In this document: positions 35,396-45,664 of the stretch, piece after piece
Position numbering within the stretch: position 1 is the stretch's first letter
Layout: every line of letters begins with the position of its first letter
Assembly (NCBI GenBank): GCA_009693045.1
Contig: SHXZ01000003.1
Location: 53,092 to 117,091, forward strand
Reading direction: 5' to 3'
DNA length: 64,000 nt
From: Dehalococcoidia bacterium
Lineage (GTDB): Bacteria; Chloroflexota; Dehalococcoidia; Lucifugimonadales; SHYT01
Made by a program: the position numbers and the translations under genes
The notes under the pieces: generated by a model
Told to the model about the DNA's origin: nothing
The model's database searches: none
The model's input: only the letters and a program-made list of their open reading frames with translations

Positions 35396-35437
35396 CCCTC
35401 GCCCTCTCCCAGAAGGAGAGGGGAAAAACCTCACCCC
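35396..35437. repeat. family C hairpin repeat
   Basis: ccctcgccctctcccagaaggagaggggaaaaacctcacccc. Confidence 0.7.
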
Positions 35438-37002
35438 TCCAGCCGCTCCGCCAGCACGCGCTCCAAGTCCGCGATGGGCACGCGCGTCTGCTCCATGCTG
35501 TCGCGCTCCCGCACCGTCACCTGCTTGTCCTCCAGCGACTGGAAGTCCACCGTCACGCACAGCGGCGCGCCCAGCTCGTCAAACCGCCGGTACCGCCGCC
35601 CGATGCTCTGCGCGTCGTCGTACTCCACCGGCCAGCGGCCCCTGCGGCGGAGCGCCTGGTGCACCTCGCGGGCCAGCGGCACGAGCTGCTCGTGGCGGCT
35701 CAAGGGCAGCACGGCGGCCTTGATGGGCGCGATGCTCGGGTGCAGTCGCAGCACCGTCCGCTTCTCGCCCTTGACCTCTTCCTCGTCGTAGGCGTCCACC
35801 AGGAACGCCAGCATGGCGCGGTCGGCGCCCGCGGCGGGCTCCACCACGTACGGGATGACGTGCTCCTTCGTGTCCTCGTCAAAGAAGCTCAGGTCCTGGC
35901 CGCTGAACTTCGCGTGCTGCTTCAGGTCGTAGTCCGTCCGGTTGGCGATGCCCTCCAGCTCCGCCCAACCCCACGGGAAGCGGTACTCCACGTCCGAGGT
36001 GGCCTTGGAGTAGTGCGAAAGCTCCGCCTTCTCGTGGGCGCGGACGCGCAGGTTCTCCTTGCGGATGCCGTGGCGGACGTACCAGTCAAAGCGCTCGTTG
36101 ATCCAGTAGTCGTGCCACCGCTCGTCGTCGCCCGGCTTGACGAAGAACTCCATCTCCATCTGCTCAAACTCGCGCGTGCGGAAGGTGAAGTTGCCCGGCG
36201 TGATCTCGTTGCGGAACGACTTCCCCATCTGCGCGATGCCGAAGGGCAGCTTGCGCCGCGTGGCCGTGACGACGTTCCTGAAGTTGACGAACATGCCCTG
36301 CGCGGTCTCGGGCCGCAGGTACACCTCCAGCGCCGTCGCGCGGATGGGCCCCAGGAACGTGGCGAGCATCAGGTTCGCGGGCTTCGGCTCCGAGAGCGCG
36401 CCGCCGCACGCGGGGCAGGGCGTCTGCGCCTTGCCCGCCGCATCCGCGCCGAGCGCGCGCATGAAGGCGAGGAAGAGGTCGTCGGGGGCGTCAAAGTCGG
36501 CGGTGACCTCGGTGAGCGCCGCGACGACGGCCTGCGGGCGCTGGACGAGGCCCAGGTTCGGCGCGGACTTCTTGCCGTCGCCGTCGGCCCAGCGCTGCAA
36601 ATCCCGCTGAGCGTTGCCGCTCGTGTTCCGGAGGCGCCGCCGCAGCGACAGCCACCACTCGCTCTCCCACAGCATCCCCGGCACGTGGTCGGCGCGCCAG
36701 TTGCGGCCGCAGCCGGGGCAGTTGGCGTACGGGTCGCTGAAGCTGGCGAGGTGGCCGCTGGCCTCCCATGTCTTGGGGTGCATGATGAGCGCGCAGTCCA
36801 GGCCGACCACGTCGTCGCGCCGCAGCACCATGTCGCGCCACCAGGCGTCCTTGACGTTGCGCTTCATCTCCACGCCTGCGGGGCCGTAGTCCCACGCGTT
36901 GGCGAGGCCGCCGTAGATCTCGCTCCCAGGGAAGATGATTCCGCGCCGCTTGCACAGCGAGACGATGGTTTCCATGCTGACCGACTCAATGCCGCGGGCC
37001 AT
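35431..37002 (-). CDS. glyQS: glycine--tRNA ligase (dimeric GlyQS type)
   Basis: This is within track ORF 35431..37890. I place the start at ATG 37002 (SD GGAGG; [41 protein letters not shown]..). Class II motifs and the C-terminal anticodon-binding domain are present. The upstream part of the track ORF is Arg/Pro-rich and overlaps the next gene. Confidence 0.9.
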   Translation of the reverse strand: MARGIESVSMETIVSLCKRRGIIFPGSEIYGGLANAWDYGPAGVEMKRNVKDAWWRDMVLRRDDVVGLDCALIMHPKTWEASGHLASFSDPYANCPGCGRNWRADHVPGMLWESEWWLSLRRRLRNTSGNAQRDLQRWADGDGKKSAPNLGLVQRPQAVVAALTEVTADFDAPDDLFLAFMRALGADAAGKAQTPCPACGGALSEPKPANLMLATFLGPIRATALEVYLRPETAQGMFVNFRNVVTATRRKLPFGIAQMGKSFRNEITPGNFTFRTREFEQMEMEFFVKPGDDERWHDYWINERFDWYVRHGIRKENLRVRAHEKAELSHYSKATSDVEYRFPWGWAELEGIANRTDYDLKQHAKFSGQDLSFFDEDTKEHVIPYVVEPAAGADRAMLAFLVDAYDEEEVKGEKRTVLRLHPSIAPIKAAVLPLSRHEQLVPLAREVHQALRRRGRWPVEYDDAQSIGRRYRRFDELGAPLCVTVDFQSLEDKQVTVRERDSMEQTRVPIADLERVLAERLEG

Positions 37003-37086
37003 ACGTTCCTGCCTCCGGACCGGCCTGGCTGGCCGGGCCTTACGAAATCTGTACGAGCAAGCGTAGCGCAGGCCATGATGACATGC

Positions 37087-37130
37087 AACGGTACGTAGGG
37101 GCGAGGCATGCCTCGCCCCTACGTACCGTT
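37087..37130. repeat. 44-nt perfect palindrome, family B
   Basis: AACGGTACGTAGGGGCGAGGCA|TGCCTCGCCCCTACGTACCGTT. Confidence 0.9.
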
Positions 37131-37163
37131 GCCACCAGGTAGGCAAACGGCGGCGCGGGCGGC

Positions 37164-37869
37164 CTACAGCCCCTTGAGGAACGGGTTCCACCGCCGCTCG
37201 TCGCCGATGGTGGTGGCCGGGCCGTGGCCGGGGAAGACGCGCGTGGCGTCCGGCAGCGCCAGGAGCACGTCGCAGATGCTCGCCAGCTCCTGCCGCTGGT
37301 CGCCGCCCGCGAAGTCCGTGCGCCCGATGCTCATCCGGAACAGCGTGTCGCCGGTGAAGATCAGTCCGTCGCCGGGGAACGGGACGTAGAAGCAGATGCT
37401 CCCTGGCGTGTGGCCCGGCGTGTGGAGGACATGGACTTCCACGTCGCCGACGGTCAGGATCTCGCCGCCGTGCAGGACGCGCTCCGGCTGCGGCGGGTCC
37501 TGATAGCCGGAGAACACCTCGCGCAGCGCTTCGCCTCGGCCGAGGGCGGGGACGTCGGCGGCGTGGAGGGCGTAGGCGGGCGGCGTGGGGCCGCCGGAGG
37601 CGGCCCGGCCGTCCTTCCGGGGCGGACGGGAGGCTGACGAGGAAGGAAGGACGGCCGCGGCGCGGAGCGCCGCCACGCCGCCCACGTGGTCGTAGTGCGC
37701 GTGCGTGCTGACCACCGCAACCGCGCGCAACCCCAGCACCGCCAGCTCGCGCGCGACGCGCTCCCCCTCCGCGCCTGCGTCCACCACCAGCGCCTCGCCC
37801 GACTCCTCGGAGCCGACCACGTAGCAGTTCGTGCTCAGCGGGCCGACAACGAACGTCTTCAGCAACATG
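37164..37869 (-). CDS. MBL-fold metallo-hydrolase (glyoxalase II-like)
   Basis: This is within track ORF 37164..38219. I place the start at Met 37869 ([18 protein letters not shown]..). It has [20 protein letters not shown] and a C-terminal ..[11 protein letters not shown]... It contains a low-complexity insert (..[24 protein letters not shown]..). Confidence 0.85.
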
Positions 37870-38016
37870 GCGGAAGTATAACAGCCGCAAATGCCTCTCT
37901 TACGAGAGGTGGCGGACATCCCCGCTTTCCGCCAACAGCCACCTTCGCCGCTCGTGCGCCTTGCTATACTGAAACACGGCTGTTCACGGCACATCATCCG
38001 TTGAAGTGAGTATCTC

Positions 38017-39921
38017 ATGGCGCTCTTCACCGCCTCGGACCTTGGCATCCAGTACGGCGCAGACAGCATCTTCTCCGGCGTGAGCCTGGAAATCCAGGAG
38101 GGTGCGCACATCGGCCTTCTTGGCGCGAACGGCGCCGGCAAGACCTCCCTGCTCCGTGTTCTGGCTGGCGAGCTTGAACCCTCATCCGGTGAAGTCCATC
38201 GCGCCAAAAGCACCCGCATCGGTTACGTGCCCCAAATCCCCGTGCTGACCAGCGGTGGCGCCCTGTACGACGAGATCATGGGGGCTTTTGACGAGGTCCG
38301 CCTTCTTGAAGAGGAGTTGGCGGCCAGTGCCCACGCCATCCAGGAAGCGGCGCCCTCGGAACGCGCTCGCGCCGAGGGGCGCTATGCAGCCCTCCTGGAA
38401 CGGTACGAGGCTTTCATTGTCCAGGACCCGGAAAACGCCGTTCAGCGCGCCGCCGCCGGCCTTGGGCTCAACGCCCAGGCGCTCACCACGCCCGCCTCCG
38501 CAGCCAGCGGCGGCGAGCGGACGCGGGCTGCGCTCGCCCGCGCCCTTCTGGCTCAACCGGATATCTTGCTGCTGGACGAGCCGACCAATCACCTGGACTT
38601 GCAAGGACTGGCGTGGCTGGACGGCTTCCTGGCCGCCTACCCGCACGCCCTCGTCGTCGTTTCCCACGACCGCTATTTCCTGGATAAAGTGGCCGCGCAG
38701 ACGTGGGAGATGGAGAACGGACGCCTGCGCGCCTACCCCGGCAACTACTCCAGGTACCGGGTTCTCAAGGCGGAACAGACCCTCCGCCAGCAGCGAAGTT
38801 ATGACAAGCAGCAAGCCCACATCGCCAAGGAGGAGGATTTCATCCGCCGCTACCGGGCCGGACAGCGCGCGCGGGAAGCGCGAGGCCGCGCTACCCGGCT
38901 GGCGCGCCTGGAACGGGTGGCGGGTCCGCAGCGGGAGTCCACGGTCGCCATGCCGACCATTGCCGCCAGCCACACAGCGCAGGTCGTGTTCGCCACGCGC
39001 GATCTTCACGTCGGCGTTGCGACCGACGAGGGTCCTCGGCCTCTGCTCACGGTGCCGGACATGAAGGTGGAGCGTGGCGCGCGCATCGGCATCATCGGAG
39101 AAAATGGAGCGGGCAAAACAACGCTGCTCCGCACTCTTTTGGGGTTGCAGGCGCCACTCGTGGGCAGGGCCACCGTGGGCAACGGAGTGAACGTCGGCTA
39201 TTACCGCCAAGGGCTGGAGGACTTGCCTGCAAACGCCACGGTACTGGACGCGTTCCTCCAGGCGGCGGAGACGCCCATGGGGGAGGCGCGCTCGTACTTG
39301 GCCCGTTTCCTGTTCCGGGGCGACGACGTTGACCGTCGCGTGGGGCAGTGCAGCGGCGGCGAGCGGGCGCGCCTGGCGCTGGCCCGCCTGCTCGTTACCC
39401 AGCCCAACGCGCTCCTGATGGACGAGCCTACCAACCACTTGGACATCCCCAGCCGGGAGGCGCTGGAGGAAGTGCTCCAGGCCTACGACGGCACGCTGCT
39501 CTGTGTGTCCCATGACCGCCGATTCGTCTCGCTGCTGGCGGATCAACTTTGGGTGGCGCGAAACGGCCAGGTTGAGGTGTTCAGCGGCACGTTTGACGAG
39601 TGGCAGGCAGCGGAAGAGGAGGCGGAGAAGCAGCGCGAGGCGATGAGCAAAGCCGCCCGGACGCCACGCCCTCCCCGGCTCGCGCGCCTACCCGGACCCT
39701 TGGCGGCTGGGACCAGGCCGGTCCTCAAAACCGCTAACGTTGACCACGAAAAGCTCATCAGCGAGCTGGAGGCGCGCCTGCGCACGCTGGAGCAACAGTT
39801 GCAATCGGCCGCGGAGCGAAACGCCTTCGCCGAAGTGGCCAGCCTCGGCCGCGAACACGCCGACACGCAGGTCGCACTCGACCAGGCATGGGAGGCGTGG
39901 CGAGCAAGCGCAGGCGAGTAA
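38017..39921 (+). CDS. ABC-F family ATPase (two NBDs, no TMD)
   Basis: Walker A motifs GANGAGKTS and GENGAGKTT, signatures SGGERTR and SGGERAR, with an inter-domain linker and a C-terminal coiled-coil-like tail. Confidence 0.9.
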   Translation: MALFTASDLGIQYGADSIFSGVSLEIQEGAHIGLLGANGAGKTSLLRVLAGELEPSSGEVHRAKSTRIGYVPQIPVLTSGGALYDEIMGAFDEVRLLEEELAASAHAIQEAAPSERARAEGRYAALLERYEAFIVQDPENAVQRAAAGLGLNAQALTTPASAASGGERTRAALARALLAQPDILLLDEPTNHLDLQGLAWLDGFLAAYPHALVVVSHDRYFLDKVAAQTWEMENGRLRAYPGNYSRYRVLKAEQTLRQQRSYDKQQAHIAKEEDFIRRYRAGQRAREARGRATRLARLERVAGPQRESTVAMPTIAASHTAQVVFATRDLHVGVATDEGPRPLLTVPDMKVERGARIGIIGENGAGKTTLLRTLLGLQAPLVGRATVGNGVNVGYYRQGLEDLPANATVLDAFLQAAETPMGEARSYLARFLFRGDDVDRRVGQCSGGERARLALARLLVTQPNALLMDEPTNHLDIPSREALEEVLQAYDGTLLCVSHDRRFVSLLADQLWVARNGQVEVFSGTFDEWQAAEEEAEKQREAMSKAARTPRPPRLARLPGPLAAGTRPVLKTANVDHEKLISELEARLRTLEQQLQSAAERNAFAEVASLGREHADTQVALDQAWEAWRASAGE

Positions 39922-40008
39922 TACCACTCTACTTGCAGGCTGCATTCGTTGAGTCTCCAGTTCAGCCAACTAAGGGTCTCTCCGAACACGCTCTCGAACG
40001 TCGAAGAC

Positions 40009-40203
40009 TAATACCAGTCCTGTAAGAAAGTGGCTCCGGCGCAACCATGCCATTCTGAGGGAGCGAAGCGACCGAGGAATCTCACCACGTTGCGCTGCCC
40101 GCCCAGATACCTTCGGAGATTCCTCACTGTGGCCAGAATGGCGCGAACAACGGTATTCTCTCTACTTTGAAGTCTCCAACTGCATAACTCCGATTGGTAC
40201 AAG
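40009..40203. repeat. MITE-like composite repeat (family A), full-length copy
   Basis: taataccagtcctgtaagaaagtggctccggcgcaaccatgCCATTCTGAGGGAGCGAAGCGACCGAGGAATCTC...GAGATTCCTCactgtggCCAGAATGG...gattggtacaagg. It is collinear with 19947..20157. Confidence 0.8.
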
Positions 40204-40283
40204 GCGAGACAAAAGCGCCTCGGTTGCGCCTGACTGCCAGGCGATGTACCATCCCAGGAACCCGCTTGCGGTAAGAGGATGGT

Positions 40284-41609
40284 ATGCAGCTCGCCTCACG
40301 TCTAAGGCAATGGCCTCGAAAAGTGTTCCACGGCTGGTGGATCCTGGCCGCCGCTACGGGGTTCAATTTCTTTGGGCACGGTCTCCATACGAACGGCTTC
40401 CCCAATTATTTCTTGCCGCTCACCAAAGACCTCGGTCTCAGCCGGGTCCGCACCTCCATCGTGTTTTCGGCAACGCGGCTTGAGAGCGGCGTTGAGGGCC
40501 CCTTCGTCGGCTGGGCCATCGACAAGTTTGGACCCCGGCCCGTCATGCTGGCTGGAGTCGCCCTGGCGGTAGGCGGATACATCCTCATAGGCACCGTCGT
40601 GCACGGCTTCTGGAGCCTCTTGGTAGTCTACGTTTTCGTCCTCTCCCTTGGAGTCAGCGCGGGGTTTTTCCCCCCGATCTCAGCCGCCATCAACCAGTGG
40701 TTCGTCCGCCGGCGCGGGGCGGCCAACGGGACTTTGGTCGGAGGCTTTCGCCTGGGGGGAGTGGTATTCGCGCCGCTCACCGCGTTCATGGTCATTCACT
40801 TTGGGTGGCACACTGCCGCCATTGCAACGGGCGCCATCATGCTGGTGGCGTTGCTGCCCCTCTGCTTCGTCATTCGCCCCTCGCCTGAAAGCATGGGTCT
40901 GCTGCCGGATGGAGACCAACCCGGTCGCGATCTCTCTGCCCACGGTGCGGCAGCCGTGAGCAGGAGCGTTCGAACTACCGTGGACTTCAGCGTCGACCAA
41001 GCTCTGAGAACGCCCACCTTTTGGCTCTACACTCTGGCCAATGGGCTCAAGATGCTCGCCTCTGGGTCCATCATGGTCCACATGATCCCCATGCTGGTGT
41101 GGAAGGGTATAGACCAGCAAGCTGCGGCAACCATGTTTGGCCTCACCTCCCTGGTGGCATTGCCCTTTTCCCTGCTGTGGGGCTCCTTTGCAGACCGCTG
41201 GCCGGCGCATCGCGTTTACGCCGTTTCCGTCGCTTTTAGCGCTGTAGGGTTGGCCGTCATTACGTGGAGCACTGCCCCGTGGCACCTTTACTTCTTCGTC
41301 CTCTGCTGGGGCATTGCCGAGGGAGCAGTCCCGGTGATGATAACCATCACGGGCGACTTTTTTGGGCGCAAGAGCTTTGCTACGTTACGCGGCGTCCAGA
41401 GCTCAATTTTTGCGTTGCTGGGGTTTGCGACCCCCGTGGTCGCCGGCCTGGTCTACGACCGAACCAACAGTTATCTAGGGGCCCTCGTTCCGGCGTTACT
41501 GGGCACGGTTGCCTCTTTGCCGATCTACTTCTTCCTGCCGCGGCCTCGTCTGCCCGTAGCTGCTCCGAGTCCAACACCGCCGCAAGGTCCGCCGGAACCC
41601 AGCCAGTAG
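40284..41609 (+). CDS. MFS transporter
   Basis: Track ORF of 441 aa with about 12 hydrophobic segments and an MFS-like loop (..GWAIDKFGPRP..). Confidence 0.85.
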   Translation: MQLASRLRQWPRKVFHGWWILAAATGFNFFGHGLHTNGFPNYFLPLTKDLGLSRVRTSIVFSATRLESGVEGPFVGWAIDKFGPRPVMLAGVALAVGGYILIGTVVHGFWSLLVVYVFVLSLGVSAGFFPPISAAINQWFVRRRGAANGTLVGGFRLGGVVFAPLTAFMVIHFGWHTAAIATGAIMLVALLPLCFVIRPSPESMGLLPDGDQPGRDLSAHGAAAVSRSVRTTVDFSVDQALRTPTFWLYTLANGLKMLASGSIMVHMIPMLVWKGIDQQAAATMFGLTSLVALPFSLLWGSFADRWPAHRVYAVSVAFSAVGLAVITWSTAPWHLYFFVLCWGIAEGAVPVMITITGDFFGRKSFATLRGVQSSIFALLGFATPVVAGLVYDRTNSYLGALVPALLGTVASLPIYFFLPRPRLPVAAPSPTPPQGPPEPSQ

Positions 41610-41806
41610 CAGCGCCCCTGTTCCGCGCAGGCTGCTTCAGCTATCCTCACTCCGCCCTGAGGGATAGCGGGGGCAAGACACGACGGGTGATACTGAAACC
41701 GCGAGGAAATGCAGGCGCACGGTACGGAGTACGCCCAGCCACCTCCGGACTCAAACCGAGGCGGAGCGAAAGGCCCTCCTGGAATTGGTCAGCCTGAACC
41801 GGGTAC

Positions 41807-42805
41807 ATGCGATGGAGGAAGCTTCCCATGATCAAGTTCGGCATCCAGCAGCCGTCCCACACGTTCCCCCAAAAGCCGCCTCGCGGAGAGCGCCCGACGG
41901 AAGGCCACGCCATCTTCCAGAACGTCCAGCGCGTCGCCCAAGAGGCCGAGCGCGTCGGCTTTGACTCGTTCTGGATCATGGACCACTTCATCCAGATACC
42001 CATCGTGGGCAGCCCCGATGAGCCGATCCTGGAGCCGTGGATAACCCTTGCCGCGCTGGCCGCCACCACCAGCAAAATCCGGCTCGGCACCATGGTCACC
42101 GGCACGCCATACCGCAACCCCGCGCTCCTTGCCAAGATGGCCGCAACCGTGGACGTGGTGAGCAACGGCAGGCTGTTCATGGGCATCGGCGCCGGGTGGT
42201 ACGAGCGCGAGTTCAACGCCTACGGCTGGACGTTCCCGCCGCTCGGCGAACGCATGAAACGACTGGAAGAGGCCATCCAGGTCATCACTGCCATGTGGAC
42301 GCGCAACGCCCCGTCGTTTCAGGGGCGCTACTACACCATCAAGGACGCCATCTGCGAGCCGCGCCCCGTCCAGCAACCCCGCCCGCCCATCCTCATCGGC
42401 GGCGGAGGCGAGCAGGTGACGCTCCGCCTCGTGGCCCGCTACGCTGAGGCCAGCAACATCTTCGGCGGGCCCAGCGACGTCCGCAAGAAGTACGCCATCC
42501 TCGGGCGCCACTGCCAGGCCGTGGGCCGCGACCCCTCCACCGTGCTCAAGACCCGCCTCGGCCAGATGCTCATCGCCCGCAACGAGACGGAGCTGACCCG
42601 CAAGCTGGCCCGCTACTTCCCCGGCGGCCTCGGCGACGACCCCGGCTGGAGCGTCATCGCGGGAACGCCCGACCAGTGCATTGAGCGCTGCCAGGCGCTC
42701 CTTGACGCCGGCGTGGAGTACCCCATCTTCAGCTTCCCGGACGCCGAGACGCTGGAGCCGCTGCACCTCTTCGCCAAGGAGGTTGTCCCCGCCCTGGAGG
42801 GGTGA
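41807..42805 (+). CDS. LLM-class flavin/F420-dependent oxidoreductase
   Basis: Track ORF of 332 aa. The likely start is Met 41828 (MIKFGIQQP..). It has luciferase-like TIM-barrel sequence (..FDSFWIMDHF.., ..RLFMGIGAGW..). Confidence 0.85.
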   Translation: MRWRKLPMIKFGIQQPSHTFPQKPPRGERPTEGHAIFQNVQRVAQEAERVGFDSFWIMDHFIQIPIVGSPDEPILEPWITLAALAATTSKIRLGTMVTGTPYRNPALLAKMAATVDVVSNGRLFMGIGAGWYEREFNAYGWTFPPLGERMKRLEEAIQVITAMWTRNAPSFQGRYYTIKDAICEPRPVQQPRPPILIGGGGEQVTLRLVARYAEASNIFGGPSDVRKKYAILGRHCQAVGRDPSTVLKTRLGQMLIARNETELTRKLARYFPGGLGDDPGWSVIAGTPDQCIERCQALLDAGVEYPIFSFPDAETLEPLHLFAKEVVPALEG

Positions 42806-42845
42806 CAAAACGCCTCCTTCTTTGTTGCTAGGCCTCTGTTGAACC

Positions 42846-42898
42846 GTAGGGGCGGGCCGTAGTGGTCGGCTTGAAAACCCGCCCCTACGCGTCTTTTT
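42846..42898 (+). terminator. family B palindrome followed by a T-run, a probable terminator of the LLM gene
   Basis: GTAGGGGCGGG-ccgtagtggtcggcttgaaaa-CCCGCCCCTAC followed by gcgtcttttt. Confidence 0.5.
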
Positions 42899-42935
42899 GC
42901 AGACCCCACCCCAGCTCCCCCTACAGGGGGGGTCA

Positions 42936-44135
42936 CTAAGGCGTCGTCGCCCGCTGCCCGTGCCTCCGTCCAGCCCTGTAGGCCCAGTACGACAGTCCGC
43001 CGACAACGCCCACCGCGACCACGATGATAATGACCAGGCCCACAATCTCGGCGACCGACCAGCCTTGCTCTTCCGTGAGCGACAGGCTCATGCGCGCCGT
43101 CGGTTTGCTCGGCGGCTTGGCCCCGGCGAGCGGCGGCGTCCCCTCGCGCACCTCGCGGCTCCGCACCTCGCCCTCGCTCGCCAGCGTCGCCAGCGCCAGG
43201 TCAAAGTCCACGGGGAACACCCGCATCACGATTTCTGCTTGCTTCTCCCCGTCTCGCTCGGAGATGAAGACGCTGTCCACGATCCCCTTTTGGCTCGCAA
43301 CGAACACCTTGACCCGCTCCACCGTGCGCGCCGCGTCATCTACCTCCAAGCCCAGCGCCGCCGACGGCGCGTCCCCAGACGCCTCTTCCGGCGGCGCGAG
43401 CGTCACCGTGATCGTCGCTAGGTCAACCCGGCGCTCCAGGAAGTTGAGCTGCCCCTGGGACCGCTCAATGTCCGCGCGTATCCGCGTCAGCTCCCGCTCA
43501 ATCGTCAAGATGTCCGTGACGCTCTGCGCCCGCTGCAGCAACGTAAGCAGACTCTGCTCCTGCCGCTGCCCCGTTTGCAGCCGCGCCTTCAGGTCAATGA
43601 ACTGCTCCGTCACGTCCTGCGAGCCGATGTTCTGGCTGAGCACAATGCCCAGCGCGGAGATGTGGTCCATCGCCGCAAAGAACCGGTCCTGCGTCACGCG
43701 GACGGTCACCGTGGCCCGCTGCTGCTGCGCGTCGCCGGAGCTGGACAGGTTCTCCACGAAGCCGCCCAGGTTCTGCGCCGTCGTCCGCACCTCGGTCAGC
43801 GCCTTGGAAACGTCTGCCACCTCCACCACCATGGACGCCGTCGAGATCACTTTCCGGTCTGCAACGTCCAGTCGGCCCGAGGCCATGCCTGCGCCGCCCT
43901 GAGGCGACGGCGCTGTAGCGGAAGGGGGTGCGCTTGGCGCAGCAAATATGGGTGCTCCTGCTGGGGCTGGCATCGGCGCAGGCACCCCAATCCCCTTAGT
44001 CGCCGTTGCTTGCCCGCCTTCCATCAGAAAGCCCCCATCCCTTGCCGGAGAACTGCTAGCCACTTCGTCATTGGCGCACGCCACGAGCAGCACCAGCAGC
44101 AACAACACGCCGGCAACCATCACGAGCTTTTTCAT
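42936..44135 (-). CDS. DUF4349 domain-containing lipoprotein
   Basis: Track ORF 42936..44174. I place the start at Met 44135 (MKKLVMVAGVLLLLVLLVAC). It has the coiled-coil core typical of DUF4349 (..FIDLKARLQTGQRQEQSLLTLL..ERELTRIRADIERSQGQLNFLERRVDLATITVTL) and a C-terminal TM. Confidence 0.75.
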   Translation of the reverse strand: MKKLVMVAGVLLLLVLLVACANDEVASSSPARDGGFLMEGGQATATKGIGVPAPMPAPAGAPIFAAPSAPPSATAPSPQGGAGMASGRLDVADRKVISTASMVVEVADVSKALTEVRTTAQNLGGFVENLSSSGDAQQQRATVTVRVTQDRFFAAMDHISALGIVLSQNIGSQDVTEQFIDLKARLQTGQRQEQSLLTLLQRAQSVTDILTIERELTRIRADIERSQGQLNFLERRVDLATITVTLAPPEEASGDAPSAALGLEVDDAARTVERVKVFVASQKGIVDSVFISERDGEKQAEIVMRVFPVDFDLALATLASEGEVRSREVREGTPPLAGAKPPSKPTARMSLSLTEEQGWSVAEIVGLVIIIVVAVGVVGGLSYWAYRAGRRHGQRATTP

Positions 44136-44307
44136 AGACGCCTCCTCAAGACTGCTACCTAGTAGAACGCACAAGCCCTGGCAATTGTTTGCTCTCAGCC
44201 CCCTAATTGCCGTGCGGCTGACTGAGAACGCCTAACGACACAACGGCGACGGCCTGGACCCACGCCTTCATGCCGTTCGCTTCAGGGATGCGCGCATCCT
44301 GTTTTGC

Positions 44308-44411
44308 AATGCCAGTGCTACAAGAAAGTGGCGCCGACGCAACCATGCCATTCTGAGGGAGCCCATTCGCTTCGCTCAGGGTAAACTCCGCGACCGAGGA
44401 ATCTCCCCACG
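44308..44411. repeat. family A repeat, truncated or variant copy
   Basis: aatgccagtgctacaagaaagtggcgccgacgcaaccatgCCATTCTGAGGGAGCccattcgcttcgctcagggtaaactccgcgaCCGAGGAATCTCcccacg. Confidence 0.75.
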
Positions 44412-44527
44412 TATCGTCCCCGCCCGCGTATCCGCGAACGGCTCCAGCCGCCGCTAGTCGTACCACGACGGTGCTGTCGCCCGACTCCGTGGTGGTGCGT
44501 GATCGTCCCACCCTGCCCTACCTCCAA

Positions 44528-44570
44528 CCTCTCCCCTCTCCAAGTTATTGGAAAGGGGCTGGGGGTGAGG
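44528..44570. repeat. family C-like hairpin repeat
   Basis: cctctcccctctccaagttattggaaaggggctgggggtgagg. Confidence 0.6.
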
Positions 44571-44574
44571 CCGT

Positions 44575-45384
44575 CTACCCTTGGTCAAACACCGCCTTCG
44601 CCACACCGAGCGCGTTCAGCGCCGCCGGAAGGCCGCCGTACGCCGCCGTGTGCGTCAGCACCTCCACCACCTCCTGTTTGCTCAGGCCCACGTTGAGCGC
44701 CCCCCGGATGTGCACCCGGAGCTGCGCTTCCCGCCCAAGCACCGTCAGCACGGACAGCGTGCAGACCGCCCTCTGCTTCAGGTCAAGCCCGGGGCGGTAG
44801 TACACCTCGCCGAACAGGTAGGCGTACACCACGTCAATGAACTCAGGGGCAAGCTCCTGCGCCGCCGGCACCGACCCGGTCGGCTGCGCGCCCCACAGCT
44901 TACGCCGCATCTCCGCCGCCTTCTGCCGCCGCTCCTCCATGGACGCCGGCCTGGGCGCCGCCAACTCCTTGGGCGCGGCGGCCTCCCACTCGGGCCGCTG
45001 CTTGAACACCTCGCGCGCGACTTCTATGCCGCCAAGCGCCGCAGGCACGCCCGCGTAGAAGCTCACGTGCACCATCACCTCCAGCACTTGCGCCGGCGTG
45101 ATGCCGCTCCGCAGCGCGTTGGCCGTGTGCCCGCGAAGCTGCGCGGGCCGCACCAGCGCCGTCAGCGCCGAGACGGTCGCCAGGCAACGATACGGCACCT
45201 CAAGCTCGGGCCTCGCCCACACGCCCCCGTACCACAGCTCGGTCACGATGTCGCCGAACCCCGGCACCGACTGTATCCCGCCGCCGGTTGCAGGCGTCGG
45301 GAGCGTGCCTCCCGCCAGCCGGGTGCGCACCGCCCGCGCCCGCTCCTTCAAGTCCTCCCAGGTCGCGCGTTTGACTGTAGTCAT
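44575..45384 (-). CDS. carboxymuconolactone decarboxylase (CMD) family protein, two CMD domains
   Basis: Track ORF 44575..45468. I place the start at Met 45384 (SD AAGGGGGG). It has duplicated ..L..R....L.V.....A..Q...H...AL..G....E..E...H...Y.G.PAAL.. modules. Confidence 0.8.
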   Translation of the reverse strand: MTTVKRATWEDLKERARAVRTRLAGGTLPTPATGGGIQSVPGFGDIVTELWYGGVWARPELEVPYRCLATVSALTALVRPAQLRGHTANALRSGITPAQVLEVMVHVSFYAGVPAALGGIEVAREVFKQRPEWEAAAPKELAAPRPASMEERRQKAAEMRRKLWGAQPTGSVPAAQELAPEFIDVVYAYLFGEVYYRPGLDLKQRAVCTLSVLTVLGREAQLRVHIRGALNVGLSKQEVVEVLTHTAAYGGLPAALNALGVAKAVFDQG

Positions 45385-45664
45385 CCTGCCCCCCTTTTCC
45401 AGTTGATGGCCCATGATAGCGGAACCGGGCAGGCGCTGCCTCCCACACCGCATTCTTCCATCCGCCACTTACCCACAGCAGGTCGTCAGCGAAACCTCGT
45501 GCCATCCCCCTCAGAGCCACCCTCCCATCATCCGTCTAAGCCATGAGCCCAGAGGCCGCCGACCCGCCTCGGGCCTTGGTCATTCCAATCTCACGCACCC
45601 AACTATTCCCTCCCCCGTCGAGCGACAACGGGAATCGCCGCGAGTGAATCCCTTGCGAAGCCTC

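Noticed and set aside
37003-37163. T-box leader upstream of glyQS.
   Set aside because: The 160-nt leader is dominated by the 44-nt family B palindrome. I could not find the conserved T-box sequence, the specifier loop or a terminator/antiterminator pair.
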